Assembly (NCBI GenBank): GCA_043798715.1
Contig: JAZDOK010000004.1
Coordinates: forward strand, 114,537 to 178,536
Reading direction: 5' to 3'
Length of the DNA: 64,000 bases
Origin: a bacterium
Lineage (GTDB): Bacteria; Vulcanimicrobiota; JAZDOK01
Positions 54,406-64,000 of the stretch are shown here, piece by piece. Under the pieces are notes generated by a model that searched no databases, had not been told where the DNA came from, and saw nothing but the letters and a program-made list of their open reading frames with translations. The translations under genes and the position numbers were made by a program. How positions within the stretch are numbered: position 1 is the stretch's first letter; each line of letters opens with the position of its first letter.

Positions 54406-56520
54406 CTAAACCGAGAGCATCCCTGCAGACTGCACGTTCACTCTCGGAGCGATCTCGTTCCAGGACAGGACGATCAATTGAGGGAAGGAGCGCTCCGTCA
54501 GCTTCTTCACGGCCGGCCGGATCTGGGGAGCGCACAGGACAATCGGCTGAAGGCCCCGTTCGTTGAACTTTTCGACCTCTCTTCCGAGCATCGAGAGAAT
54601 CTCCTGGCCGATATTGGGGTCCAGAGTCAGGAAGCTTCCCATCTCCGTCCTCTGGATGGATTGAGAGATCACCTGCTCGATCTGGGGATCCATCGTAAGC
54701 ACGTTTATGATGCCGTCATTGTTCATGTATTCCTTGCAGATGATCCGGGAGAGAGCCACCCGGACGCACTCCGTCAGAATCTCAGGATCCTTGGTGGCGT
54801 GAACGTTGTCGGCGATCGTCTCAAGAATGGTGACCAGATCCCTGATGGAAACCCGCTCCCTTATCAGGTTCTGGAGGACCTTCTGGACGTCTCCGAGCGA
54901 AAGCGCGTCCGGAATGACCTCCTTGATGACCGCCGGGTGCGTCTTCTTGACCGTATCCACCAGGGCCTGGACCTCCTGTCTCCCAAGAAGCTCCGCCCCG
55001 TGGGAACGGACGACCTCCGTAATCTGGGTGGCGATGACGCTCACCGGATCAAAGATCATGCAGCCGAGGCGTTCGGCCTCTCCCCGTTGTTCAGGCGAGA
55101 TCCAGACCCCGGGCATGCCGTATGTCGGATCCACGGTTTTGGTGCCGCGCAGACTCCGGAGCTTATCCTCCGGGCCGATGGCCAGAAACTGATTGACCAT
55201 GACCTCCCCCGTGGCCACCTCTACTTCCTTGATCTTGACTGCGTAGGCATTGGGCTTGAGTTGGAGGTTGTCCCTGAAGCGGACCCCCGGCAGGACCAGC
55301 CCCATCTCGAGGGCTATATGGCGGCGGATGGAGGTGACCCGTTCCAGCAGTTTGGCCCCCTGGTTGGGATCCACCAGAGAAAGGAGCCCTCTGCCGACTT
55401 CGAGCGAAATGGGATCCACCTGCATCATGGTGACCACGCTCTCGGGCTTTTTGACATTATCCTGCTTCTGGGCCTCCAGCGCCTGGGAGGCCGAGGCCTC
55501 ATGTTCCTGGGTCTGCCTCTCCAGGATCGTCCCTATCCCGAATGAGAGCCCACCGAGCAGAAAGAAGGGGAGCCAGGGGAGGCTTTTCGTGAGCAGGCCG
55601 ATGGTGCCCAGAATGAACATGAAGATGGAGGCAATCTTGAGAGCCTTGGGCTGGCCGGTGACCTGGCGCACCACGTCCTGCCCCAGGTTGGCGTCAGAGG
55701 CCGCCCTGGATACCACCATGCCCATGGCAGTCGACATGAGGAAGGCCGGGAGTGTAGTCACCAGGCCGTTTCCTATCGTGAGGAGCGAATAAGTGTTCAT
55801 GGCGTCCCCCGGGGACATATGATGGAAGAGAACCCCGATGATGAGCCCACCGATGATATTGACGATCATGATGATGACGGAGGCGATGGAGTCCCCTTTG
55901 ACGAACTTTCCGGACCCGTCCATGGATCCGTAGAAATCGGCCTCCCTCTCGATCTCCTTCCGCCTCTTCTTGGCGCTTTCGGCGTCAATGAGGCCGGAGT
56001 GAAGATCCGCGTCAATGGCCATCTGTTTTCCGGGCATGGCGTCCAGGGTGAAGCGTGCCGCCACTTGAGCGATACGCTCGGCGCCCGAGGTGATAACCAT
56101 AAACTGGATGATGATGAGGATGATGAACATTATGAAGCCGACCACCAGGTTTCCCCCGACGACGAAATTTCCGAAAGCCGGGATGACCCTCCCCGCCCCG
56201 ATGGGCACTCCCAGCGCATCTTTGATGTGGCCGTGAAGAAGAATCATCCTGGTGGCCGATACGTCGAGGGAAAGGCGGAAGAGGGTGGCCACCAGGAGCA
56301 TGGTCGGAAACACGGCGAACTCCAGCGGGTTGCTGATGTAAATGGAAATAAGGATGACGACGATCGAGGCCGAGATATTCAGCACCAGGAGGACGTCCAG
56401 AACCTCCGGAGGGAGGGGCACGATCAGCATCATTATGATGCCGATGACGACCACGGCGATCCCGATGTCGGAGTATTTTATATACTTGACAAACGGGTCT
56501 CTGTTGTCGGGCATGGTCAT
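54406..56520 (-). CDS. flhA: Flagellar biosynthesis protein FlhA
   Basis: N-terminal TM helices and a conserved FHIPEP region (GDAMNTYSLLTIGNGLV...); 704 aa. Confidence 0.9.
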   Translation of the reverse strand: MTMPDNRDPFVKYIKYSDIGIAVVVIGIIMMLIVPLPPEVLDVLLVLNISASIVVILISIYISNPLEFAVFPTMLLVATLFRLSLDVSATRMILLHGHIKDALGVPIGAGRVIPAFGNFVVGGNLVVGFIMFIILIIIQFMVITSGAERIAQVAARFTLDAMPGKQMAIDADLHSGLIDAESAKKRRKEIEREADFYGSMDGSGKFVKGDSIASVIIMIVNIIGGLIIGVLFHHMSPGDAMNTYSLLTIGNGLVTTLPAFLMSTAMGMVVSRAASDANLGQDVVRQVTGQPKALKIASIFMFILGTIGLLTKSLPWLPFFLLGGLSFGIGTILERQTQEHEASASQALEAQKQDNVKKPESVVTMMQVDPISLEVGRGLLSLVDPNQGAKLLERVTSIRRHIALEMGLVLPGVRFRDNLQLKPNAYAVKIKEVEVATGEVMVNQFLAIGPEDKLRSLRGTKTVDPTYGMPGVWISPEQRGEAERLGCMIFDPVSVIATQITEVVRSHGAELLGRQEVQALVDTVKKTHPAVIKEVIPDALSLGDVQKVLQNLIRERVSIRDLVTILETIADNVHATKDPEILTECVRVALSRIICKEYMNNDGIINVLTMDPQIEQVISQSIQRTEMGSFLTLDPNIGQEILSMLGREVEKFNERGLQPIVLCAPQIRPAVKKLTERSFPQLIVLSWNEIAPRVNVQSAGMLSV

Positions 56521-56532
56521 ACTGTTATACTC

Positions 56533-57642
56533 CTAAGCCGTCCGGAAGAGGGGCTTGGCCTTCTGACGGCGGCGGCGCAGAAGCTCTCTCTTGCGTTTCA
56601 GCTTGTAAATGTACGCCAGGACCTCGGCCACCGCCTTGTAGAGCTCAGCCGGAATGGAATCCCCGATCTCACAGCCGTTGTAGAGGGCTCTGGCCAGTTC
56701 CACGTTTTCCAGGATGGGAACCTCATGGTCCTCGGCGACGAGCTTGATCTGCATGGCCATTAGACGGGCCCCCTTGGCTACGACCATGGGAGCGCCCCCG
56801 CCCGCCTGATCGTATTTGAGGGCCACTGCCAGGTGGGTGGGGTTGGTCAGCACCGCCGTCGAATTCGGCACTTCCTCCATCATCCGCGACATGGCTCCCT
56901 GGCGCATGAGCTGCCTTATCTTGCCCTTAACCTGGGGATTTCCCTCGGTGTCCTTGAACTCGTCCTTAAGCTCCTGGAAGGACATCTTCATCTGCTTTAA
57001 GTACTGCTTCTTCTGGAAGAGATAATCCACGACCGCGATTACGGCCATGGCCACGATGACCTGGAAAATAATCTTGACTACGATGGAATGAAGGAGATGG
57101 AGAGTCTGCGGGAGTTCCCATAGCACCCCGAGCCGGAGGGACATGAGGTTTGCCGCCACCACCTTGTAGCAGATATAGCCGATAATCACAAGCTTGACCA
57201 CCTGTTTGGCCAGTTCCATGAGAGACTTCATCGAGAAAATTCGCTTGAATCCCTCGATGACACTTATTTTGCTGGCCGTGGGTTTGAGAGGCTCCGTGCT
57301 GAAAATCATCTTGATCTGGCCGATATTGGCGACAATGGCCATTACAAAACCAGCCAGAAGGAGTGGCAGGAGTACCTTCATGAAATTCCAGAGCACATAG
57401 GCGGCATCGTAGAAAGTGTTCCGCTGAGAAAAATCGTAATACGGAATCAGACCGAAAAGGTGCCTGGTAAAGTCGCCGAGTGAACGACACATCCAGCTCC
57501 CCAGCGCATAGAGAACTCCCGCCGTCGCAATCAGCACGAGCGTCGAGACGATATCCTGACTCTTGAAAATCTGACCTTTTTTTCTCGCCTCCTGAAGCTT
57601 GTGTTCAGTCGGCTCCTCGGTCTTGTCGCTGTCGTCAGCCAT
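56533..57642 (-). CDS. flhB: Flagellar biosynthesis protein FlhB
   Basis: N-terminal DKTEEPTEHKLQEARKKGQ, TM helices, and the NPTH autocleavage motif. Confidence 0.9.
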   Translation of the reverse strand: MADDSDKTEEPTEHKLQEARKKGQIFKSQDIVSTLVLIATAGVLYALGSWMCRSLGDFTRHLFGLIPYYDFSQRNTFYDAAYVLWNFMKVLLPLLLAGFVMAIVANIGQIKMIFSTEPLKPTASKISVIEGFKRIFSMKSLMELAKQVVKLVIIGYICYKVVAANLMSLRLGVLWELPQTLHLLHSIVVKIIFQVIVAMAVIAVVDYLFQKKQYLKQMKMSFQELKDEFKDTEGNPQVKGKIRQLMRQGAMSRMMEEVPNSTAVLTNPTHLAVALKYDQAGGGAPMVVAKGARLMAMQIKLVAEDHEVPILENVELARALYNGCEIGDSIPAELYKAVAEVLAYIYKLKRKRELLRRRRQKAKPLFRTA

Positions 57643-57648
57643 TCTCCG

Positions 57649-58449
57649 TCACCTCCCTGTTCCCATCATTTGTATGGCATTCATAACCTGAGCGTCATTC
57701 TTTATAAAAAGATTCTGAAGCGCGATATAGACGATCGGCAGTGAGACGGTGACCAGGATGAGCCCCACCGCGATATTCAGAGGAAATGAGAGCATGAAGA
57801 CATTCATCTGGGGCGCCACCCGGGCCAGCATTCCCAGGGCCACCTGGGTGATGAAGAGCGCCGCCAGAGCGGGCGCCGCGATCTGAAGGCCCGCGTAGAA
57901 AATCTCACCGACCATGTGTATGATATCCGTGACGAGAACGCCGGGGAAATTAAGCCCCGTCACCGGGATGACCACAAAGCTCTTCTGAAGTGCCCTGAGG
58001 AGCGTGTGGTGCCCGTCCAGAAGGAGATAGATGATCATGGCCAGGTAAAATTTGAAACGCCGGATGAGGTTGACCGCCCCCTTGCTGGCCGGATCAAAGC
58101 TGGCGGCCGTGGATAGACCGGTCTGGATGTCGATCATCTCCCCGGCGAACTGGGCCGTGGCCATCACCAGGAAGGAGACAAAGCCGATCACCAGCCCGAC
58201 CAGGGCCTGGGCGAGGATGGCAAGGCACAGACTGATGATGTCCATGGGAAAAGACCCGGGCATCGGGATCGAGGGATAGATGATGATGGTCACCAGAGTC
58301 GCAATCCCTATCAGCACCTGGTTGGGCGCATGGTGACTTCCCCAGATGGGCGCCTGCACAAAAAAAGTGACTACGCGCACCAGGCACAGAAGAAAGATCC
58401 CGAAATAAACGTAGGCATCCGCAGTCATCCAGCGCCTCTCAATGAACAA
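57649..58449 (-). CDS. fliR: Flagellar biosynthesis protein FliR
   Basis: Six-TM hydrophobic protein at the expected position in the cluster. Confidence 0.8.
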   Translation of the reverse strand: MFIERRWMTADAYVYFGIFLLCLVRVVTFFVQAPIWGSHHAPNQVLIGIATLVTIIIYPSIPMPGSFPMDIISLCLAILAQALVGLVIGFVSFLVMATAQFAGEMIDIQTGLSTAASFDPASKGAVNLIRRFKFYLAMIIYLLLDGHHTLLRALQKSFVVIPVTGLNFPGVLVTDIIHMVGEIFYAGLQIAAPALAALFITQVALGMLARVAPQMNVFMLSFPLNIAVGLILVTVSLPIVYIALQNLFIKNDAQVMNAIQMMGTGR

Positions 58450-58714
58450 TACTCATTTTGGGAATATCCTCTAAAATCTTTATGGTAAACTTGGAGATCA
58501 TCCCCGCCATCCAGGTGCCGCAGACGAGGACCGCGACAAAAGTGGCCACGATCTTGGGCACGAATGAAAGGGTCTGCTCCTGAATCTGGGTGGTCGCCTG
58601 CAAAATGCTGATAAGAAGCCCGACCACCAGGGCCGAGATCAGCATCGGAGCCGAAAGAATGAGAATCAGGTAGAGCGCCTGCCCGCAGATGAACATCACA
58701 TAATCTTCGGTCAT
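58439..58714 (-). CDS. fliQ: Flagellar biosynthesis protein FliQ
   Basis: 91 aa with two TM helices; SALVVGLLISILQATTQIQEQTLSFVPKI. Confidence 0.85.
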   Translation of the reverse strand: MTEDYVMFICGQALYLILILSAPMLISALVVGLLISILQATTQIQEQTLSFVPKIVATFVAVLVCGTWMAGMISKFTIKILEDIPKMSIVH

Positions 58715-58727
58715 ACTGCATTCCCCC

Positions 58728-59552
58728 CTAATGAAAACTTTTGATGAGCCCGATTACAATGAGATCCCAACCGTCAATCATAACGAAGAGGAGAAGTTTG
58801 AACGGCAGGGAGATTGACATGGGAGAGAGCATGAACATCCCCATGGACATGAGGACCGAGGCCACCACCATGTCTATGACTAAAAACGGCAGATAGATGA
58901 TAAATCCGATTTCAAAGGCCGTCTTCACTTCGCTGATGACAAAGGCGGGAAGAAGAACGTGGAAAGGAACGTCCTTCTTTGTCTTTACCTTGCTCTGAAT
59001 CTTGGCCATGGTGACGAAGAGCTTGAGATCCTTGGACCGCGTCTGCCTGAGCATGAAATCCCTGAGGGGTACGGTTGCCTTGGATAGGGCCTCGTTCTGG
59101 GAAATGGTCCCCTTTATGAGCGGTTGAATAGCCGTCTTGTTCATGGCGGAGCCCACCGGCATCATCACATAGAGCGTCATGAAAAGAGCCATGCCCATCA
59201 AAACCTGGGTGGGAGGGACCTGCTGGGTGCCCATGGCGCTCCTCAGGAAGGAAAGAACTATCGTAATCCGGATAAAGGCGGTGGTCATGACCAGGATGTA
59301 GGGCGCCAGGGTCAGGGTCGTCATGAGCAGAAGAATCTGAAGCGGAAGAGCCAGGGCCTTGGAGCCCTTCACCATCTGATCCCCGATCTGTATCTTGGGC
59401 AGGACGATCTGGGGGATAGGAGGCGCCATGGCGGGCGAGGAGACTACCGCCACCAGACAGAGGACCAGAAGGAAAATAAATATTCCACCACGGACCCCGA
59501 CTTTCCCTCTTAGCCGGGCCATGACGGCCCGGATACCGATGCGATCAATCAC
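58728..59552 (-). CDS. fliP: Flagellar biosynthesis protein FliP
   Basis: Conserved ALGMM..P.. and LPFKLLLFV motifs. Confidence 0.9.
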   Translation of the reverse strand: MIDRIGIRAVMARLRGKVGVRGGIFIFLLVLCLVAVVSSPAMAPPIPQIVLPKIQIGDQMVKGSKALALPLQILLLMTTLTLAPYILVMTTAFIRITIVLSFLRSAMGTQQVPPTQVLMGMALFMTLYVMMPVGSAMNKTAIQPLIKGTISQNEALSKATVPLRDFMLRQTRSKDLKLFVTMAKIQSKVKTKKDVPFHVLLPAFVISEVKTAFEIGFIIYLPFLVIDMVVASVLMSMGMFMLSPMSISLPFKLLLFVMIDGWDLIVIGLIKSFH

Positions 59553-60139
59553 GATTGTTTCCTGCTTCCCTTCTTTGCAAACAGATTCGCAAGATATATC
59601 TGAAAGGGGCTGAATTCCGCGGAGATTGCCTCTCCCTGGGGATAGAGCGCAGCCGCCTTTTCTTTGTCCAGCTCCGTCAGCACGTTGATCTGTGACTCCC
59701 CTACGCCCAGGAGATAGTAACGATCCGCCGCCTCCACCACGCAGAGAAACTTCTGGGGGGTGAGGGCCTGCTTTTCCAGAATCCTGAGCGCTTTTTTTCT
59801 TCCAGCCGTCCCGCCTGCCTTAGTGGATATTCCCCCTCCATAAAAAAGCCGCAGGGTAAGATAAATCGCTCCCGAGATGACGAGGAGGGCCAGAACAACG
59901 TTGATATAGAAACGAATGTTTAAAAAGCGATCCAGGGGAGAGGGCGTGTTGGCATCGAATTTCTCCTCACTGACGGCGGGTGCCGGCAGAGGCGACGCCG
60001 GGGCGTTCGAAACCGCCGGGAGGCCCCGGCCTTCTTCGGCGCCAACAGACCACGCCGGAACCACCAGAGCCCCGGCATGCAGGAGCAGGCACGCTATAAC
60101 GAGGAGAAATGCCTTCCTCAATATTTTTTTCCTCCCCAA
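59549..60139 (-). CDS. fliO: FliO/FliZ-like flagellar protein
   Basis: Single TM helix plus its position between fliN and fliP. Confidence 0.45.
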   Translation of the reverse strand: MGRKKILRKAFLLVIACLLLHAGALVVPAWSVGAEEGRGLPAVSNAPASPLPAPAVSEEKFDANTPSPLDRFLNIRFYINVVLALLVISGAIYLTLRLFYGGGISTKAGGTAGRKKALRILEKQALTPQKFLCVVEAADRYYLLGVGESQINVLTELDKEKAAALYPQGEAISAEFSPFQIYLANLFAKKGSRKQS

Positions 60140-60146
60140 GCCGCAT

Positions 60147-60491
60147 TCAGCGACTCAGTATTTCCTGAATACGCACCCCGAAATTGCCGTCGATTTCCAC
60201 CACCTCGCCCCTGGCGATGAGCTTGTTGTTGACCAGAATGTCCACCGGTTCCCCGGCCTCCTTGTCCAACTCCACCACTGATCCGACGCCAAGCTTGAGA
60301 ATCTCTTTGACCAGCAGCTTGGTCCTTCCCAGTTCCGCCTGAACCAGAAGAGGGACATCCCTCAGCAGATCAATACTGCTGGGAGTAGCCTTGGCCGCCG
60401 AAGTTTCGTCCAGAGTCCCAAATTGGACCGATCTTACCTTCGGCTGATCTTCTTCCTGGTTAAAACGTCCGTCATTCTTCAAATTCTTCAT
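60147..60491 (-). CDS. fliN: Flagellar motor switch protein FliN
   Basis: C-terminus GEPVDILVNNKLIARGEVVEIDGNFGVRIQEI, the SpoA/FliN fold. Confidence 0.8.
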   Translation of the reverse strand: MKNLKNDGRFNQEEDQPKVRSVQFGTLDETSAAKATPSSIDLLRDVPLLVQAELGRTKLLVKEILKLGVGSVVELDKEAGEPVDILVNNKLIARGEVVEIDGNFGVRIQEILSR

Positions 60492-61491
60492 CCCCCTCGG
60501 TCAGCACTTTGCAAATCTGGATGCCGACTTTATTATCTTTGGTCTTTCCCGGTCTACCGAGAAATTTGGTGCGCTCGTTGACCTTCAGCCTAACGGGATC
60601 CCCTATTTGCGTGTCCAGTACCAGACAGTCTCCCGGCTCGATGTGGAGGAGATCCTCAAAAAGTACTTCCGTCCGCCCCAGTTCACAGGAAATGGGGACC
60701 CGGGCCGACTCTATTTTTCCGGCGAAGAGAGGGGAGACCGTTTGCCCGGAGGCGGCCTGACTGGTCTTGGAAAGGATAAACTGTTCGAAGCTGGCATTGG
60801 GAACGATCGCCTTGAGATGCTTGAAAGGCAGACACAGCTCAAACCTTCCCTGTGCCTGGGCGATCCTGGCTGAAAAAGGCACGATCACCATGTTTTCGCT
60901 GGAGCCGGCGACAACCACTCCCAGGGGATTCAGCCGGATCTCCACCAGCTGGGGCTTGAAATCGCGGACTTCTCTCCAGGCCTCGGAGTAGCATTCTACG
61001 AGCCGGACGATGGTCTTCTGGAGAAGAATCATCTCGATTTCCGTAAACTCCCGAATCCCCTCCGAAGTCTCGCCCTTGCCCCCCATCAGCTTGTCCAGGA
61101 GGGCAAAGGAGAGCGGGAAATCAAGAGAGAGCAGCGCCTTGGTCTCTGGGTCAATCTTGAAGACCACCATGGTCGAGGGATCGGGAAGTGAGTGCAGATA
61201 GTCGGCGTATGTCGCCACCGAAATCTGCCCCAGCTCCAGTTGGACCCTGGACTGAAGCATCGGAGCCAGCTTGGTGGTTACCGCATCGGCATACTGCTGG
61301 AATACATTATAAATAAACCTGTACTGATCGGCGTTGAGCTTATCGGCGGTGGCAAAGTCATACCGCGCGACCGAACCCTTGGCAGCCTTCATCATCTGTT
61401 CAATTTTGCCGCTCTCAGTATCCCCCAACAAGAACTTCCCCCCTTCAGAAGGTCGAAATTGAGACTCTCCATTCCCCGGCCACCTGATCAA
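60472..61491 (-). CDS. fliM: Flagellar motor switch protein FliM
   Basis: YDF...QLR, LSLDFPLSFALLDKLMGGKG and central CheC-like motifs; the true start may be at the internal MMKAAKG. Confidence 0.85.
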   Translation of the reverse strand: MIRWPGNGESQFRPSEGGKFLLGDTESGKIEQMMKAAKGSVARYDFATADKLNADQYRFIYNVFQQYADAVTTKLAPMLQSRVQLELGQISVATYADYLHSLPDPSTMVVFKIDPETKALLSLDFPLSFALLDKLMGGKGETSEGIREFTEIEMILLQKTIVRLVECYSEAWREVRDFKPQLVEIRLNPLGVVVAGSSENMVIVPFSARIAQAQGRFELCLPFKHLKAIVPNASFEQFILSKTSQAASGQTVSPLFAGKIESARVPISCELGRTEVLFEDLLHIEPGDCLVLDTQIGDPVRLKVNERTKFLGRPGKTKDNKVGIQICKVLTEGDEEFEE

Positions 61492-61519
61492 TTCCTGCCC
61501 GGGAAGGGGGAAACAGACG

Positions 61520-62341
61520 CTACTTTATGAGGCCTATCGCGTTCTCCTGCATTTTGTCCATCGCTCTGAAAGACGCGAAATTGGCGTTATAGTTCATCCT
61601 GGCCTGGCCCAGGGCGGCTGCTTCCCTGGCGTAGTCCACATTAGCCATTTCGAGGCTCTGCGGAGACACCTGCCCCAGGGCCCCCTGCCCGGCGACGCCG
61701 ACCACTGCGCCTCCCGAGTTTTCGGACTCCATAAAAGTGGTAAGACCCGACTTTTGAAGGCCCGAGGGATTGGCGAAGGAACCGATGGCCGCCTGGTAAA
61801 GCGGTACGGAGCTGACGATCGTCTGCCTGGTCAGGGTGTCGGTGGTCACCATCTCGCCGTAGAGCTTGCCGGATTCATCGAAATGGTATGAGGTGTATTT
61901 GCCCCCGTAAAGCTTGGTGGCGGGATCAAGGTTGAGAGAAATCGGCTGCATCTGCCCTGAGATGTTGCCGTACTCGTCCATGGCATACCCCTGCACCTTC
62001 ATGTTGGTGGGGCCGTGCACCAGGAAACCGTCCCGCATGACGAAGCGTCCGTCCCGGGTGTAGTGGTTGGTCCTCCCGTCATTGACCAGGAAGAAACCGT
62101 TTCCGTTGATGGCCAGGTCGGTGGGAGACGCCGTCCGCACGATCTGCCCCTGCGAGAAGACGATGCCGTTGCTTCTGAAAGTGGCCCCATGTCCCCCCAT
62201 GCTCTGATTGAGAGCCTCCGAGAAATTCACCGACTCCGACTTGTAACCCGGGGTGAACTGGTTCTGGAGGTTGTTGAAATTGGCATTCATCTGCTGCTGG
62301 TTCCCCATGATGGCGTTGGTCTGATAGTTTAAATCAAACAT
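61520..62341 (-). CDS. Flagellar hook or rod protein (FlgE/FlgG family)
   Basis: N-terminal flg_bb_rod motif NNLQNQFTPGYK and a C-terminal SLEMANVDYAREAAALGQARMNYNA region. Confidence 0.6.
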   Translation of the reverse strand: MFDLNYQTNAIMGNQQQMNANFNNLQNQFTPGYKSESVNFSEALNQSMGGHGATFRSNGIVFSQGQIVRTASPTDLAINGNGFFLVNDGRTNHYTRDGRFVMRDGFLVHGPTNMKVQGYAMDEYGNISGQMQPISLNLDPATKLYGGKYTSYHFDESGKLYGEMVTTDTLTRQTIVSSVPLYQAAIGSFANPSGLQKSGLTTFMESENSGGAVVGVAGQGALGQVSPQSLEMANVDYAREAAALGQARMNYNANFASFRAMDKMQENAIGLIK

Positions 62342-62359
62342 TTTTTTTCCTCCTTCCGC

Positions 62360-63247
62360 TTACGCGATTTTTTCCACAAGATTTACCAGGACGCGCCCGA
62401 CGCGCAGTCCCTTGTCGCTGAACGCCTTCTCGAGTTCCTTGAGGCTCTCCTCAAGAAATTCTCTCGTCTGCTTGGAGGTCGTCTCAAAGCGGGCCGTGAC
62501 CCGGCTCCCTTCGACTTCCATTTTAAGGCCCAGTTCGCCGAGAAAGGCGGGGTTCAGTTTCATGATCACCTGGGTGGCGTCCTGAAGCTTCAGGATCTCC
62601 AGGTGCTGAATGACCTGCTGCATGACCTCTTCGCGGGTATTGTCCGCCCCCCCGCGATCGTTGGTCTGAGCCGAGAGATTCTTCATCTCCGGGGTCTTCT
62701 GAGAAGGATCCGCTTCGGGACGTGCAACCATCTGACCGCCGTCCGCCCGATCCTTCCGGCCCCGGTCCTTGACCATATCGTCCAGGTAGGCGGCCAACTG
62801 CCACTTGTCGTTCTTGTGCATAAGCTGGGTTATCTGCTCCGAGGTCAGCTCCTGCAGTTTAAGGCCCCTCTGGGCCAGCATCTTCTGGAGCTGCGTGAGG
62901 CCGATGTCCCCAAGCAGTGGATCTCCCAGATGCAGCGACTGCTTCTGGGCCAGGCTCATCGCGTCCTTGTCCATCCAGAGCATGTTGTAGAGGAAGTTAT
63001 GAAGAGAACGGAGCTCCTCCCGGGATTCTTTTTTCCTGGGAGCGTTTTCCCGTCCCTTCTCCTCCTCCTTTTTTTCGGAGGAGATGAACTTGTTGGACTC
63101 TTTGCTCTCCTCTTTTTCCGACTTCTTGGCCTGCTCCTCGAGCATCTGGGCGAAGATCCCGTCTTCCTGGCCGGAGCCGGAGGCGGCAGACGATTTCTGC
63201 TGAGACTGGCGCAGGGTGTTTACCAGGGATGAAACCATGTTATCCAC
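62360..63247 (-). CDS. FliK-like hook-length control protein
   Basis: The C-terminus resembles the Flg_hook domain (LNPAFLGELGLKMEVEGSRVTARFETTS...LRVGRVLVN), and its position precedes the hook gene. Confidence 0.5.
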   Translation of the reverse strand: MDNMVSSLVNTLRQSQQKSSAASGSGQEDGIFAQMLEEQAKKSEKEESKESNKFISSEKKEEEKGRENAPRKKESREELRSLHNFLYNMLWMDKDAMSLAQKQSLHLGDPLLGDIGLTQLQKMLAQRGLKLQELTSEQITQLMHKNDKWQLAAYLDDMVKDRGRKDRADGGQMVARPEADPSQKTPEMKNLSAQTNDRGGADNTREEVMQQVIQHLEILKLQDATQVIMKLNPAFLGELGLKMEVEGSRVTARFETTSKQTREFLEESLKELEKAFSDKGLRVGRVLVNLVEKIA

Positions 63248-63262
63248 GGTCTGACCTCCTTC

Positions 63263-63850
63263 CTATCCTTTTTTCCTGAAATCGGCGTACATCGCCAGGA
63301 TGTTTTCAACGTAGTGCTGGGTCTCCTGGTAGGGCGGAACGCCGCCGTGCTGTTCCACCGCCCCGGGGCCGGCATTGTAAGCCGCCAGGGCCTTGGTGAG
63401 GTTGCCGTCGAAGCGATCCAGCATGCTCCTGAGATACTTGGCGCCTCCCATGAGATTCTCCCGGGCATCCATCGGATTATTCACCCCGAGTTCCCGGGCG
63501 GTGTCCGGCATGAGCTGCATGAGACCCATGGCCCCAGCCCCGGAGACGGCCGAAGCGTTAAAGCCCGACTCCTGCTTGACCACGGCCTTGAGGAGCGCCG
63601 GATCCAGTTTCCACTGACGGGCCGCCTCGTTGATGGAGTTGGCGTAGTCCTGCTCTCCGCCGCCCCCGGACGCAGAGGCGGGAAGTTTCATCTGGGCCTC
63701 CTGCATGGAGCTTAAAATACGGGAAAAATTGACGCCGGATGTTTCCGGTGTCCCCTGAGGCGGGGCCACCGGGGCATTGAAGGTGTTGAACTTCGCCTTG
63801 ATCTCCTGCATCCTCATCTCGATGGCGCTGATATTCTCAAACATCGCCAT
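63263..63850 (-). CDS. Lytic transglycosylase (SLT domain) associated with the flagellar locus
   Basis: ESGFNASAVSGAGAMGLMQLMPDTA...AYNAG, the catalytic Glu and the SLT motifs. Confidence 0.7.
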   Translation of the reverse strand: MAMFENISAIEMRMQEIKAKFNTFNAPVAPPQGTPETSGVNFSRILSSMQEAQMKLPASASGGGGEQDYANSINEAARQWKLDPALLKAVVKQESGFNASAVSGAGAMGLMQLMPDTARELGVNNPMDARENLMGGAKYLRSMLDRFDGNLTKALAAYNAGPGAVEQHGGVPPYQETQHYVENILAMYADFRKKG

Positions 63851-64000
63851 TGTCGTTCCCCCCTTCTTTCTTTTCCTCTTTCAATCTATGTGAACGGATA
63901 GTTGCCAGCTCGTCGATGAACTTCCTCTCCTCGGCCTCCATCTCAGTCACCCATACTTCCCGGTGCTTTTCCTTCAGTTTTTCCAGGGTCTTCTTCTCCT
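63838..64000 (-). CDS. 3' end of an unidentified gene extending beyond the right edge (possibly flagellar)
   Basis: Open frame with no stop up to the window edge, ending ...IDELATIRSHRLKEEKKEGGNDNGDV and overlapping the SLT start by 13 bp; it is absent from the track because it has no in-window start. Confidence 0.3.

Overview
This is a 64-kb window of bacterial chromosome at about 60% GC, with no rRNA and no CRISPR array. It contains mostly housekeeping genes, one roughly 8.4-kb accessory island (38.1–46.5 kb), and a long flagellar gene cluster on the minus strand. All protein identities below rest on my reading of the supplied translations for conserved motifs; no database search was run. 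I did not see an integrase or transposase gene anywhere in the window.

In order, the window holds:
- a partial amidohydrolase gene, an ankyrin-repeat secreted protein, a radical-SAM protein and a POT-family peptide transporter;
- typA/bipA and ettA;
- a FAD-dependent protein, tRNA-Pro(GGG), and plsX–recG–rsmD–coaD–(coiled-coil protein)–ackA;
- a small nucleotidyltransferase gene that looks inserted, bracketed by a perfect 37-bp direct repeat;
- an fmdB-like zinc-ribbon gene, a moeA gene fused to a periplasmic-binding-like domain, and gatB;
- two paralogous secreted proteins (Cu-amine-oxidase N-terminal-like domain plus DUF4352) flanking a lone ABC substrate-binding protein;
- a DUF58 gene and a transglutaminase-like gene with no adjacent MoxR ATPase;
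- a large polytopic membrane protein (possible GT-C glycosyltransferase) and a second POT transporter;
- a TolC-like / membrane-fusion-protein / RND efflux operon followed by a terminator.

The accessory island follows the efflux operon. It carries a Phd/YefM–PIN pair, a 411-aa protein I do not recognise, HigB–HigA, a truncated BrnT with an intact BrnA, an AAA+ ATPase with a DUF4143 domain, a RhuM-family protein, a low-GC NERD-domain gene, and a regulator fragment. These cassettes are separated by recurring modular junction repeats that I label W, X, Y and Z. The NERD gene is bracketed by its own imperfect direct repeats of about 40 bp.

After the island come a GT4 glycosyltransferase, two paralogous zinc-ribbon proteins flanking a LolA-like gene on the opposite strand, and two paralogous Trp-rich small proteins that share near-identical promoters. 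The window ends with a response regulator / GAF histidine kinase pair, a metallophosphoesterase, and a flagellar cluster: flhA, flhB, fliR, fliQ, fliP, fliO, fliN, fliM, a hook/rod protein, a fliK-like gene and a lytic transglycosylase gene.
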